IMG/VR virus record: IMGVR_UViG_3300025096_000004
Coordinates: 64,001 to 128,000 of that record
Source of the DNA: a virus
DNA: 64,000 bases
Strand: one strand, 5' to 3'
Made by a program: the position numbers and the translations under genes. The notes beneath the pieces were generated by a model. It saw nothing but the letters and a program-made list of their open reading frames with translations, ran no database searches and had not been told where the DNA came from. Of the stretch, positions 9,701 to 18,549 are shown piece by piece (within the stretch, counting starts at the first letter, position 1; each line of letters begins with the position of its first letter).

Positions 9701-12700
9701 GAAAAGCACAACAAGCAGCTTTTGACATCTATATTGATGCGATTATCGAAGTTTGGGGCGGCGAGCATGTTTTAAACTTTTGCGAAAGGTTTCCCGGAGC
9801 TAAGTTTATAGTTGATGCGATTAGGAGATGGGATTGTCCATATCCAAATCTTTTTAATCCACCAGCCGGCTCCTTTATGGAATCATTTAGTTTGGATATT
9901 TGTTCTGGAGATGCAAGTGGCAAATTGTCGATGCCTCATTTAATGTCTTTTGGTAACCTTACTTGGACAAATATTATTAAGATTTTGTGGCAAGCGATAT
10001 TGAAACAAGTAACTGCATCTCTTTTTAAGGTCTTGGTTACAATGATAGTAAAGGTATTGCAGATTCTGGAATCTGCCCTTTGCAAAGCTATAGAGCTTGC
10101 GGGCCGCTTGGCTGTGAACCTCATTACTCCCGGCGATCAAGGTGGGTTCATGGGGGCAATTTCGGATGTTTTTTGCGGCGACCAAGGGACTGCTGATGAT
10201 GAGCAGGTTACCGCTTCAAATCTTTTTTCTGCTTTGGGAATTAATCCCTCTGATATTCAAGGAATGAATCAAGAAGATCTCATGGATTCCCACATGAAAG
10301 TCGCTCAAACGCTGTCATCTGTTAGTACAAGAAATGAGATAAAAGAATTATTTATTTCAGATTCGCGTGATCATGACCAAAACGTTCTTAGAAGAATATC
10401 AAAAGCAGTATCGTTAGTCAATCCAGAATATGCTTCTATTTTTTCTGACCCCAATAATATTTCACAGCTTTTCGCAGCCGCGAAGAATTATTTAACACCA
10501 ACTCAGCTTATGGCCCTCCGAGAGGAATTGGATGCACCAGAGGATGATGTTCCTGTTGACGATAGTATTTGTTTGACCAAAGCCCAACTTGACAAGTGGA
10601 ATGAAGATAGAGAAGCTATATTTTCCGAGCTTCCCGGTGATTTGGCCAAAGAGTGGGTAGATAAACAAAACGATAAGGCAAAAACCGATCTAATTGAGGT
10701 TTGCTCGTTGGCCGCGAGAGGGGTTGACGGACCCATGCGCGATGAGCTTGATAAATTACTTAACTTTGAAACCGCCATGGGAGATCCGGCATGTAAAAAA
10801 AATACATCTGCCATCAGTTTTCGGACTCCCGAGACCGACGCTGCTGATGAAGAAGCTGCAAGTGGCATCTTTCGATCTTTGACAAAAGAATTTCAAAAAG
10901 ATATGATTGGCGGCGGCTGGATTTGGAACAAGTATGGGGTGGTTGATCATATGCTTGCGGATAGGAGAGGAACCCCTCTTAGAAAACATGAAAATAGAGT
11001 TAGATCGAGCTTTTTATGGCCCAGTTGGGCGAATACTCAAGAGGATTATGAAGCGAAAAAAGATGATTTAGCTGAATTTCTTGGCATTCCTGAAGATTTT
11101 ATAGATTGGATTTTGCCAGAAGATGCTTCGGGGATCTTCCCCGATACAGTTGGGATCTTGTTGCAAGATGAGTTATTTAAAAATGATTTCCATTCTGATC
11201 CAAAGTTTTCATATGGTTCCGGTACAAGCATCGCCCCACAGACCGGCTTAAAAGAGCGGTGGTTTGGAATTGATTATAGTTTTACCTATTCAAAGCCAAT
11301 TATGAAAGATGCAGATATGATTTGGACATATAAGGACAATTTGACTCCCCTTGAGACAGACAAGTCAGAGTATGGTTTTGCAATGCATTATCGTTCTTTT
11401 ATTATTAATGGTTTGAATACAAGCGAAACACCAATGGTATCAACCAAGTTTGATTATGAAATTAGTCTAGATTCTCACCTATATTACAATGAATCCATCG
11501 ATCCCGAAACCGGTGTTGCATCTCCAATGCCTGAGAGTGTCGTCAGTATAGAGAAATTTAGAATGAAGGTACAAAATGATATTGATCACCCTCGTCAAGA
11601 AATCATAGATTCATTGGAAATTCAATCATCGGACCTTGCTTCTATGAAATATACCTATGAAAGCCTTTTATGGTGGAAATATTGTGAAAGCAGGTGGTCT
11701 GAATTTGGCGTTTCTTTATCAAAATTTAACCTTGCGGAAACATCTTGGAAAAATATTTCTGGAAAAATGTTTGAAGATGTTGCCAACATGATGATGAATC
11801 CAAATGGAGATATTGCCAGTGGGTTTAAATATGGATATACCTCCGATTCATCGATTGGCTTTAAAGATCTCTTATATGTTAACCCCGGAGCAGACCCCGA
11901 TGATGAGAGTACGTGGGAATATACATACGATGAAGAAGAAAAAGTTTTGGGCAAATCAGCCACTAATAACCCTAGGGTCCACTTTCTTGACCCCGATATT
12001 CACGGCGGTTGGTATTCGTGGCCCAAAGTTTATGTGGATAGGTTTGAATATTCTGGCCTTTTAAGTGTGATTCAAATAATGGTTCCAGATATTGATGGTT
12101 GTCCACCCAAGACGACTGATTTTTTAGATTGGAAATATTTGTCTAATCGCCAAGTAGAAGTCAAGCAAAAAATGATTCCTGACAAGCGTTTGACAAAGGA
12201 TGAAGAGTGTGTGAAAAAAATCCCATTTGATCTTATTCAAACAAATGATATTCATGGTTATATCGAGGCATCGGTCCTTGCAACAGTTCGAACTTATGTT
12301 TCTGAATTCATATTGAGGTCCTTGCCTGTAATATCTGCTTTGGAATTTAATGATAGAAACTATGATGATGCTCTTGCGCAAATGATAGTGCAAAATATGG
12401 AAACAGAGTTGCCGGATCAGGGCTCGTGGCTTGACTGGACTTGGATTAAGCGATATGATTATTGGCTACACTTTTTAGAACAAGCATATCAAATAGTAGA
12501 ACGCAGAATCGATCTGAAAGAGTTACACCCCACTGAAGAAATGAACGAGGTTATTGATGCTATAAAAAAGATTCAAAGAAGTTATGTTCATGTTAACAAT
12601 GACGTAATGGAGAATCTTGAGAAGAACATCCACGCCGAATCTTTGCCACATCTTAGGGACAAGTACCCTGACGAAGATGATGAATATTTTAGGGGCCGGA

Positions 12701-14229
12701 GGGTTTTGTTCCTGAACGATGACCCACGACCCAAGGATGCAGATTATCAAATAATGAAGGGAGCGTCTATCATTTATTTTGGTCGAACCGCTGATCAAAT
12801 AACGCGATTTAGAAGACAAGGTAAAGCCAAATGGTATGATGGTATGGAGACTAGGTTCTCTAATAACTTTTTTACTATAGTTCATGCTCGACGATGTGCA
12901 AAATTATATTCTTTACATCGAGGCCGCAAGCATTGTAAAAAAATGTTAAAACATCTTGTAAAAGAAGAATTGCAAAACTATGCTGAAAAGATCTATAATA
13001 CTCTAAAGCCTGCTGCAACCATAACAAGTTTATCAAAATATTACATTGGAGCCAGTAATTCAATAATTAACGGTGGTTTGCGAACTGGAATCGCAGCCAC
13101 TGAAACTCCACATCCAGCAACTCTGGAATCAACTGGGGAAGTAATTGAAACCTATATTGAGTCTATCGGTGATTGTGTCGACGTTAGTTCTGATATAAGC
13201 CTATATAATCCTTTAGATGCTGAAGGTCTTGTTGTTCCTGATCTCGATGCCGGACAATTTGTAGTTGAGAAGTATGTGAGAATAATCGACAAGCCAGAAA
13301 ATGAAAGCGAAAATGTACCAGATTTTATAAAAAATAGACCAGATAATTTGAGGGGTGTTGTTAGTATAAAGGAATTCAGAAAATTTGTTAATGAGAATAT
13401 GATTAACAATCCACTATTTGACCAAGAAGCCTACAATTTGTCCGATTTGTTTGGCGATGCAGAGCTTTTAAGAAATTTGCAGGAAAAACCCACCGGCCTC
13501 ATTGGCTCTGTCGGGTTTAGATTTGGAGTTCGATTGAGTTTAGTTCCTCCTAATGGATTTACTGTCCCTGAACCAGACTCCGATATGCTAAAAATTGCCC
13601 AACGAGAAAAGGCCTTTTATTTAAAGAAATCTTCGCAAGGGGGTATGAATACGAGACATATTTTCCCGCTTGCAGTATTTGAAAAGGATATTTTGGATGA
13701 TAAAATATCAAAAATTGATTGGGAACATGAAGCTTTTGGAGAAGATTTTCGATGCTATATTGACAATTTAGTTGAAACTCCACAGTTTAGATTGGTTTTT
13801 GATAATATATTTCCACTTCGCCGGGCTTCTTCTATGGTTGCGATATACACCAATTTTGGTTGGCTTCCATCTATAGGAAAGTCCGACAAAGAACGAGATA
13901 CGGCATGGGGCGACCGACCAATACTTCTGGGAGGCTTGGCTGACCCCGATTCACAAGAGATTTGGGGTGAGGGCCTATTTGAAGGCACTAAAATATCCTG
14001 CTATAGGATGTTCCATGGTTTCTATGAATCGGATAGTTGGGATTGGGGATGGGACTGGAATTATGATTTTAACTTTTCAATTTGGTTTAAAGACATGATG
14101 CCAAAGATATTTATGAATATTGATCCTACAACCCGTTGGTGGCAACGATGGAGGATTGAGAGAGACCGTCCCTTTGATAAAGATGGCGAACAATGTGATC
14201 ATCTTTTGTCAAATTTATTTGTTTGGTGA
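6721..14229 (+). CDS. Giant (2502 aa) virion-associated protein of unknown function
   Basis: Uninterrupted ORF with SD GAGGT, located between the spike and gp25 genes. Has a Cys-rich N-terminus, a glycine-rich hydrophobic segment and coiled coils. Confidence 0.85.
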   Translation: MAEKTIRDFQTDVCEPLKPPTPERACPECIPNPDAILEDWTLSDGEPFFNERTCEYQVAVMINQDGDYYRAKELREADEKGIDFEMVLQSFVLPGLRIMLRYYDKDESDKFVCAFPPEFEHQYEKSGGESATEVVTAMGVGFLWGGIPGAIIAGGLEVASEVAEWVMDEKTTEDRAAEGQSGTGDSDKYGYDRVAEDYERTQNEIVEDYKNMVEMRENNISKQSLRCRSIYKQMVDGTLPKHFHSQVTKKIELTTGLPDGSTFEIVIPNPSGLLAYQESNNEIKNPDALELYARAIDFDYGQTPGEPMMVLVSIPSYIMDKVPPHPTPEITDFSGPQEVVLDGPRIYAMTSRLSEALRVYGNYQAYWWQTERATLYQKMMLPDGTFVSQTTGGAGAAFSESSLISEMVGGSVEVETPTDYELVGDPQVFYIIQYQQAIVDFYMALQELLEKNDFRLTAWPNFLGDRAEEVKIVFEQVEPPDTTKSTDPSTPAPSGHFKIKSVWAKYDLCGWHKMKQMGGFLNHPSVRNETIMGYVSRLPEIDTALTAKSTPPWLDFIVQYTYPPLDVRYHSDAGSQGKPAVGGCFPLGEGGAEAFRDWVFNSVMSLGEAVAYQFNKSSCKLLTDPTYRPTEKKWADWRKGQREEHIKRINEHYAREEATIMAAGQRIREKEYKDPLTKSADYQAQQQALQSSRDNRKEALNHPYRSAAIDAALQEFDMDSSLIGLFIDQAELRKLGLGTSIWKGFKGTLGGKDPGVSKFEMFKTRIDKCGFSAMLFKTIQCLMGGVTAAAAYDAAAKALLKSLEKANWEILFVGIPYHKQIEIKDRVNKEMGNLPPPWEWVPGKNEIPDDKMKVVEHADNVKSYEQQIMINDEKLQSLDTEWFGINDSIDQTMAKQSLAQNDDERQTWFDMQKELEKKQSDVDDRMEDIKRQNKKLKAKTGAFWKSDDKAYSDFKALSDDDKERIRKETAAYQKSLGSDPQSRYTQGSVGGGLGKAQQAAFDIYIDAIIEVWGGEHVLNFCERFPGAKFIVDAIRRWDCPYPNLFNPPAGSFMESFSLDICSGDASGKLSMPHLMSFGNLTWTNIIKILWQAILKQVTASLFKVLVTMIVKVLQILESALCKAIELAGRLAVNLITPGDQGGFMGAISDVFCGDQGTADDEQVTASNLFSALGINPSDIQGMNQEDLMDSHMKVAQTLSSVSTRNEIKELFISDSRDHDQNVLRRISKAVSLVNPEYASIFSDPNNISQLFAAAKNYLTPTQLMALREELDAPEDDVPVDDSICLTKAQLDKWNEDREAIFSELPGDLAKEWVDKQNDKAKTDLIEVCSLAARGVDGPMRDELDKLLNFETAMGDPACKKNTSAISFRTPETDAADEEAASGIFRSLTKEFQKDMIGGGWIWNKYGVVDHMLADRRGTPLRKHENRVRSSFLWPSWANTQEDYEAKKDDLAEFLGIPEDFIDWILPEDASGIFPDTVGILLQDELFKNDFHSDPKFSYGSGTSIAPQTGLKERWFGIDYSFTYSKPIMKDADMIWTYKDNLTPLETDKSEYGFAMHYRSFIINGLNTSETPMVSTKFDYEISLDSHLYYNESIDPETGVASPMPESVVSIEKFRMKVQNDIDHPRQEIIDSLEIQSSDLASMKYTYESLLWWKYCESRWSEFGVSLSKFNLAETSWKNISGKMFEDVANMMMNPNGDIASGFKYGYTSDSSIGFKDLLYVNPGADPDDESTWEYTYDEEEKVLGKSATNNPRVHFLDPDIHGGWYSWPKVYVDRFEYSGLLSVIQIMVPDIDGCPPKTTDFLDWKYLSNRQVEVKQKMIPDKRLTKDEECVKKIPFDLIQTNDIHGYIEASVLATVRTYVSEFILRSLPVISALEFNDRNYDDALAQMIVQNMETELPDQGSWLDWTWIKRYDYWLHFLEQAYQIVERRIDLKELHPTEEMNEVIDAIKKIQRSYVHVNNDVMENLEKNIHAESLPHLRDKYPDEDDEYFRGRRVLFLNDDPRPKDADYQIMKGASIIYFGRTADQITRFRRQGKAKWYDGMETRFSNNFFTIVHARRCAKLYSLHRGRKHCKKMLKHLVKEELQNYAEKIYNTLKPAATITSLSKYYIGASNSIINGGLRTGIAATETPHPATLESTGEVIETYIESIGDCVDVSSDISLYNPLDAEGLVVPDLDAGQFVVEKYVRIIDKPENESENVPDFIKNRPDNLRGVVSIKEFRKFVNENMINNPLFDQEAYNLSDLFGDAELLRNLQEKPTGLIGSVGFRFGVRLSLVPPNGFTVPEPDSDMLKIAQREKAFYLKKSSQGGMNTRHIFPLAVFEKDILDDKISKIDWEHEAFGEDFRCYIDNLVETPQFRLVFDNIFPLRRASSMVAIYTNFGWLPSIGKSDKERDTAWGDRPILLGGLADPDSQEIWGEGLFEGTKISCYRMFHGFYESDSWDWGWDWNYDFNFSIWFKDMMPKIFMNIDPTTRWWQRWRIERDRPFDKDGEQCDHLLSNLFVW

Positions 14230-14256
14230 TTCTGTATATTAAGTTTTGATAGCTGA

Positions 14257-14265
14257 ACTATTTAT
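14257..14265 (+). promoter_or_regulatory. ACTAnTTA intergenic motif (ACTATTTAT), putative late promoter element
   Basis: Lies in the gap before the gp25-like gene. Confidence 0.45.
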
Positions 14266-14302
14266 TAATCCACGGGCCTTGTTTTTGATAGAGGAATAAA
14301 AT

Positions 14303-14683
14303 ATGTCATCCCCTAAAGCCGCACCAAAATTACCAATTGAAATTGTTAATGGAACAGTTGATTCATTTGATATTTCTGAAGTACAAGAGATTGTAAAACA
14401 AAATGTCAAAATGGTTGTATTAACTTATCCCGGAGAAAGGATAATGATGCCAGAGTTTGGCGTAGGTATGCCAAGATATCTTTTTGAACAAGCAGGTTCT
14501 GAGATCCCAGCAGAACTTAAAATGATTATAAGAGACCAATTGAAAAGATATATTCCATCTATTAATTTATTAAATGTCTCTGTAAGATCCGGTTTTGATG
14601 ATCATAAATTAAATGTTTCGATATCTTATGAGATTGACTTTTTAAGTATAAAAGATCGACTAGATTTGTTATTGGAGTATTAA
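14303..14683 (+). CDS. gp25: Baseplate wedge subunit, GPW/gp25 family
   Basis: VKQNVKMVVLTYPGERIMMPEFGVG..YLFE motif; 126 aa; precedes the gp6-like gene. Confidence 0.9.
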   Translation: MSSPKAAPKLPIEIVNGTVDSFDISEVQEIVKQNVKMVVLTYPGERIMMPEFGVGMPRYLFEQAGSEIPAELKMIIRDQLKRYIPSINLLNVSVRSGFDDHKLNVSISYEIDFLSIKDRLDLLLEY

Positions 14684-14697
14684 ACTTATTTAAAATT

Positions 14698-14706
14698 ACT
14701 ATTTAT
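14698..14706 (+). promoter_or_regulatory. ACTAnTTA intergenic motif (ACTATTTAT), putative late promoter element
   Basis: Lies in the gap before the gp6-like gene; identical to the copy at 14257. Confidence 0.45.
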
Positions 14707-14728
14707 TGACAAGAGGGCTTAATATAAA

Positions 14729-16534
14729 ATGGCAAGAAAAAAACAAATTCCAATAAAATATACTAGTAGAGATTTTATTTCCATAAAGAGTGAACTAATA
14801 GAACACGCAAGGAGATATTATTCCGAAACGTATAAAGACTTCTCCGCCGCATCTTTCGGTTCTTTAGTTATAGATACTGTTTCTTATGTGGGAGATGTGC
14901 TATCATTTTATTTGGACTATCAGGCAAATGAGAGTTTTATGGAGACTGCCATTGAGTCAGAAAATGTCCGCCGCCATGCCAAAAATTTGGGATATAAATA
15001 TAATACAAATAGTAATTCTTTTGGTTTTGTTTCGTTGTATATTATAGTTCCATCAAATTCCGATGGCTCTTCTCCTGATTTTTCTTATGTGCCAATTTTA
15101 AAATGGGGCTCATCATTTAAATCATCAACTGGTGCCGAATATAGTTTAACAGAAAATGTCGATTTTGGGAATGCGAAAAACGATATTGTATCTGCCCGAT
15201 TTGATTCAACCACTGGTATGACTACTCATTTTGCAATCCGTGCGATAGGCCAAGTGGTGTCCGGCCAGACTGGTGCCATATCGCTTGATTTAACTTCACA
15301 TCCTTTTGAAAAATTCAAGCGTGTCCGCCTTGGTGGAACAGATATCACTGAAGTCATTTCAATAACGGATAACGAAGGTCATATATGGTATGAGGTTGAT
15401 AATTTGTCTCAGGAGATAGTATTTTTGGATACGACCAACCGCAATGCTTTTAACGATGGCGTCCCAAGTATTATTAAACCATTTGTTGCAGCTAGGCGAT
15501 TTGTTGTGGACCAAGGTCCAGAAGGAACATATTTGCAATTTGGCAATGGGTCTGATTTGTCAACACAAGTAACGGGACTCCTCGAGCCAACCCGAGTTGG
15601 CATGAAACTTTATGGAAAAAGAAATATCTCCTCTTTATCATTTGACCCCACTCACCTGATTAATTCTGGAAAACTAGGTATGTGTCCAAGTGGCAAACAC
15701 CTTCGAGCAGTAGTTAAGATAAATCCTTTCACGCAGGGATATTCTTCTCCTGTTGGGTCGATAAACACTGCTCTCACTTTCGAACTTCAATTTGAAGATC
15801 CAACTTCTCTAGATCCAACGATCATAAACTCAATCATAGATTCTCTAGAAGTAAACAACGACGATCCCATTGTTGGGTCTAATGAAGAACTGACAAAAGA
15901 TGAAATTAAAATAAGAGCAAGGGCCCACTATGCAATGCAAAACAGAGCAGTAACCGCCGGCGATTATGAATCGTTGGTTTACTCTATGCCGCCTAATTTT
16001 GGCACAGTCAAAAGGTGTAATATTATAAACGATCCGTCTTCTGCAAATCGCCGACTGGCTATGTATGTCATCTCTGAAAATGAAGACGGCCACCTAACCT
16101 CAACAAACAATATTATAAAAAATAATTTAAAAAACTGGATATCGATATATCGTTCCATAAATGATGTTGTCGATATACTTGATGCAAAGGTTGTAAATTT
16201 TGGTGTTGAATTTTCTGTTGTAACGTCCGCACAGTACAATTCGCAGGATGTCATACAATCTGCAATTTATGAACTACAAGAATATTTTAAGGATGGTATG
16301 TATATTGGAGAACCTTTGTATCTTAGTGAGATTTATAGGGCATTGAATTCAACTCCCGGCGTTGTTGATGTGAAAAATGTTAAGATAAATATTAAATCTG
16401 GCGGAGTGCATTCCGCTAACACTCTAGATTTAGATGAAATATTGTCCCGAGATGGTACATACTATAAGGTTCCAAAAAATGTAATAATGGAATTGAAGTT
16501 CCACCAGTTGGATATTAAAGGTATTATTAGATAA
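14729..16534 (+). CDS. gp6: Baseplate wedge subunit, T4 gp6 / baseplate J family
   Basis: YTSRDFISIKSEL..Y.DF..AS.G..VID..SYVGDVLSFYLD..ANE.F..TA at the N-terminus and QNRAVTAGDYE in the J-like domain. Confidence 0.9.
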   Translation: MARKKQIPIKYTSRDFISIKSELIEHARRYYSETYKDFSAASFGSLVIDTVSYVGDVLSFYLDYQANESFMETAIESENVRRHAKNLGYKYNTNSNSFGFVSLYIIVPSNSDGSSPDFSYVPILKWGSSFKSSTGAEYSLTENVDFGNAKNDIVSARFDSTTGMTTHFAIRAIGQVVSGQTGAISLDLTSHPFEKFKRVRLGGTDITEVISITDNEGHIWYEVDNLSQEIVFLDTTNRNAFNDGVPSIIKPFVAARRFVVDQGPEGTYLQFGNGSDLSTQVTGLLEPTRVGMKLYGKRNISSLSFDPTHLINSGKLGMCPSGKHLRAVVKINPFTQGYSSPVGSINTALTFELQFEDPTSLDPTIINSIIDSLEVNNDDPIVGSNEELTKDEIKIRARAHYAMQNRAVTAGDYESLVYSMPPNFGTVKRCNIINDPSSANRRLAMYVISENEDGHLTSTNNIIKNNLKNWISIYRSINDVVDILDAKVVNFGVEFSVVTSAQYNSQDVIQSAIYELQEYFKDGMYIGEPLYLSEIYRALNSTPGVVDVKNVKINIKSGGVHSANTLDLDEILSRDGTYYKVPKNVIMELKFHQLDIKGIIR

Positions 16535-18549
16535 TGGCTATTATAAGATACACTGCTAGCGCAGACAACACAATAACAAATGCTTTTACTGAGACAATCT
16601 TGTCTTCACAGAGAGCCACCGGATCGAACATGGGAAAATCCGATGTGCTTGAAGTATTTTCTATATATGGCCAGAGTTCCGGGTCCACAGGAGTTTCATC
16701 CGAATTGTCGAGGGTTTTGATCAAGTTCAACACAACAAAGATTGCTTCTGATCGCAATACATCAGCAGTCTTGCCGGCTTCCGGGTCTGTTAATTTCTAT
16801 CTTTGTCTTTATAATGCCCCGCATGTTTCAACCCTTCCAGAAGACTATAAGTTAACAGTAGCTCGTGTAACAAATGACTGGGAAGAGGGCTATGGCCTTG
16901 ATATGGATAATTATACAGACAAGACATATGATGGTATCGGCTCTAATTGGGTGAATGCCCAAGGAAGCCCAGCAGCAGCAACATTGGTCGATGCGATTGA
17001 TCTGACCGGCGTTTCCTATGGTGATAAATTTACGATGACAGTCCCAACCTCCGCAGGTGGAGATGGTGTCGCCCACCAATTTGTATTTGATCGTCATACC
17101 GACATCGACAACCTCTCCGATACAACTGGTTTTGGTATTAACACCCAGCATGCCGCCGACGATGCAGCAAAGGCTGCAATCTTGATTAATGCTATAAATG
17201 GAACAGCCGATACTAACAACTATCAATACGGCGGTGCTGCCCTCAGTGCCGGATCAACCCTAGCGGCTGGAACATTGGGACTCACAGCAAAGCAAGGCTC
17301 TAGCACCTCCAAGATTACTTTAACAATGGACGACAAAGGCGATGCTGGAAATGTGGCAGTTCTGACCCGTGTTACTGGATTTGCTGGTAGCAAACTAGTC
17401 ATCACCGCCGCCACCGGCGGACAGGGCCCATGGACAAATTTCGGTGGAGATTTTGTAACAGCCGCCAATAGCGGCATGGACTTTGTTGATGTATCTTTTC
17501 CAGATGGCGATGAGGATATTAAAGTGGATATCACATCAATTGTTGAGGGTTGGGTTACCACTGGTAATACAAACTATGGATTGATAGTTAAGATGTCTTC
17601 AAGTTATGAGGCATATTTTTCTGCATCCTCCGGCGCTGATACGGCCACTGCAACACACAACACATCTGGCGCCAAGCGATCTTATTATACTAAGAAATTC
17701 TTTGGCCGAGGTACTGAGTATTATTTTAAAAGACCTGTCATAGAAGCTCGATGGGATGATTCAGTCAAAGACGATAGGGGCAATATTTATCTCTCAAGTT
17801 CATTGGCTCCTCAAGCTGATAACCTTAACAAAATTTACTTATATAATTACATCAGGGGCAAACTCACAGATATCAAAGGCAACAGCAGTGAGGTACCCAA
17901 TGTTAAATTTTATTATTCCTCCGGCTCTGTACCAGAAGGCCTGCCGAGAACCTTTATTGAAAGTAATTCTTCTAAAACCAGTAACAACGCAACCCGGATC
18001 TCGAAGGGGTTATACAGCATCTCTTTCGCAATTAACAAAGATCAATTTCCAGATGGCTATCCATATCTCATCGATGTTTGGGCCCATGAGGGCAAGGAAA
18101 TACACACTGGCTCCGCAATGTTGCCCAAGTCTTTTGGATTTTCAAGTGTGAATCCAAATTCTCAATATGTTCTCGCAATATCAAACATGCGAAAGTACTA
18201 TAACAAAGATGAAACTGCAAGGTTTCGAGTATCAATTCGCTCAAAGGATTGGTCACCCACCATACACACAATAGCCTCAAACAATGTTGAATTGGCCACG
18301 GTTCCGAGTGCTTCCTACGAAATTTATAGAGTTATTGATGAAGAGATCGTCATTCCTTTTGGAACTGGTTCAATAGCACACACTATGTTATCACATGATG
18401 TGTCTGGAAACTATTTTGATCTTGATATGGGTAATTTAGAGCCGGGCTATTCTTACGGCGTTAAAATATCGATATACGAAGATTCAATCGGCTCATATCG
18501 AGAACAGCCATATACATTTAAGTTTAGAGTAAGAAAAGATGAGTATTGA
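16534..18549 (+). CDS. Virion structural protein with DNRLRE-like carbohydrate-binding-fold N-terminal domain
   Basis: ADNTI..SN.G....LEV...SRVLIKFN pattern, W.EG.G...W..A...GGDF motif, and an internal Ala/Gly/Thr-rich insert. Confidence 0.6.
   Translation: MAIIRYTASADNTITNAFTETILSSQRATGSNMGKSDVLEVFSIYGQSSGSTGVSSELSRVLIKFNTTKIASDRNTSAVLPASGSVNFYLCLYNAPHVSTLPEDYKLTVARVTNDWEEGYGLDMDNYTDKTYDGIGSNWVNAQGSPAAATLVDAIDLTGVSYGDKFTMTVPTSAGGDGVAHQFVFDRHTDIDNLSDTTGFGINTQHAADDAAKAAILINAINGTADTNNYQYGGAALSAGSTLAAGTLGLTAKQGSSTSKITLTMDDKGDAGNVAVLTRVTGFAGSKLVITAATGGQGPWTNFGGDFVTAANSGMDFVDVSFPDGDEDIKVDITSIVEGWVTTGNTNYGLIVKMSSSYEAYFSASSGADTATATHNTSGAKRSYYTKKFFGRGTEYYFKRPVIEARWDDSVKDDRGNIYLSSSLAPQADNLNKIYLYNYIRGKLTDIKGNSSEVPNVKFYYSSGSVPEGLPRTFIESNSSKTSNNATRISKGLYSISFAINKDQFPDGYPYLIDVWAHEGKEIHTGSAMLPKSFGFSSVNPNSQYVLAISNMRKYYNKDETARFRVSIRSKDWSPTIHTIASNNVELATVPSASYEIYRVIDEEIVIPFGTGSIAHTMLSHDVSGNYFDLDMGNLEPGYSYGVKISIYEDSIGSYREQPYTFKFRVRKDEY

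Noticed and set aside
14706-14729. TTGACA at 14706-14711 as a promoter
   Set aside because: A 17-nt spacer lands on the ATG itself and there is no properly spaced -10.
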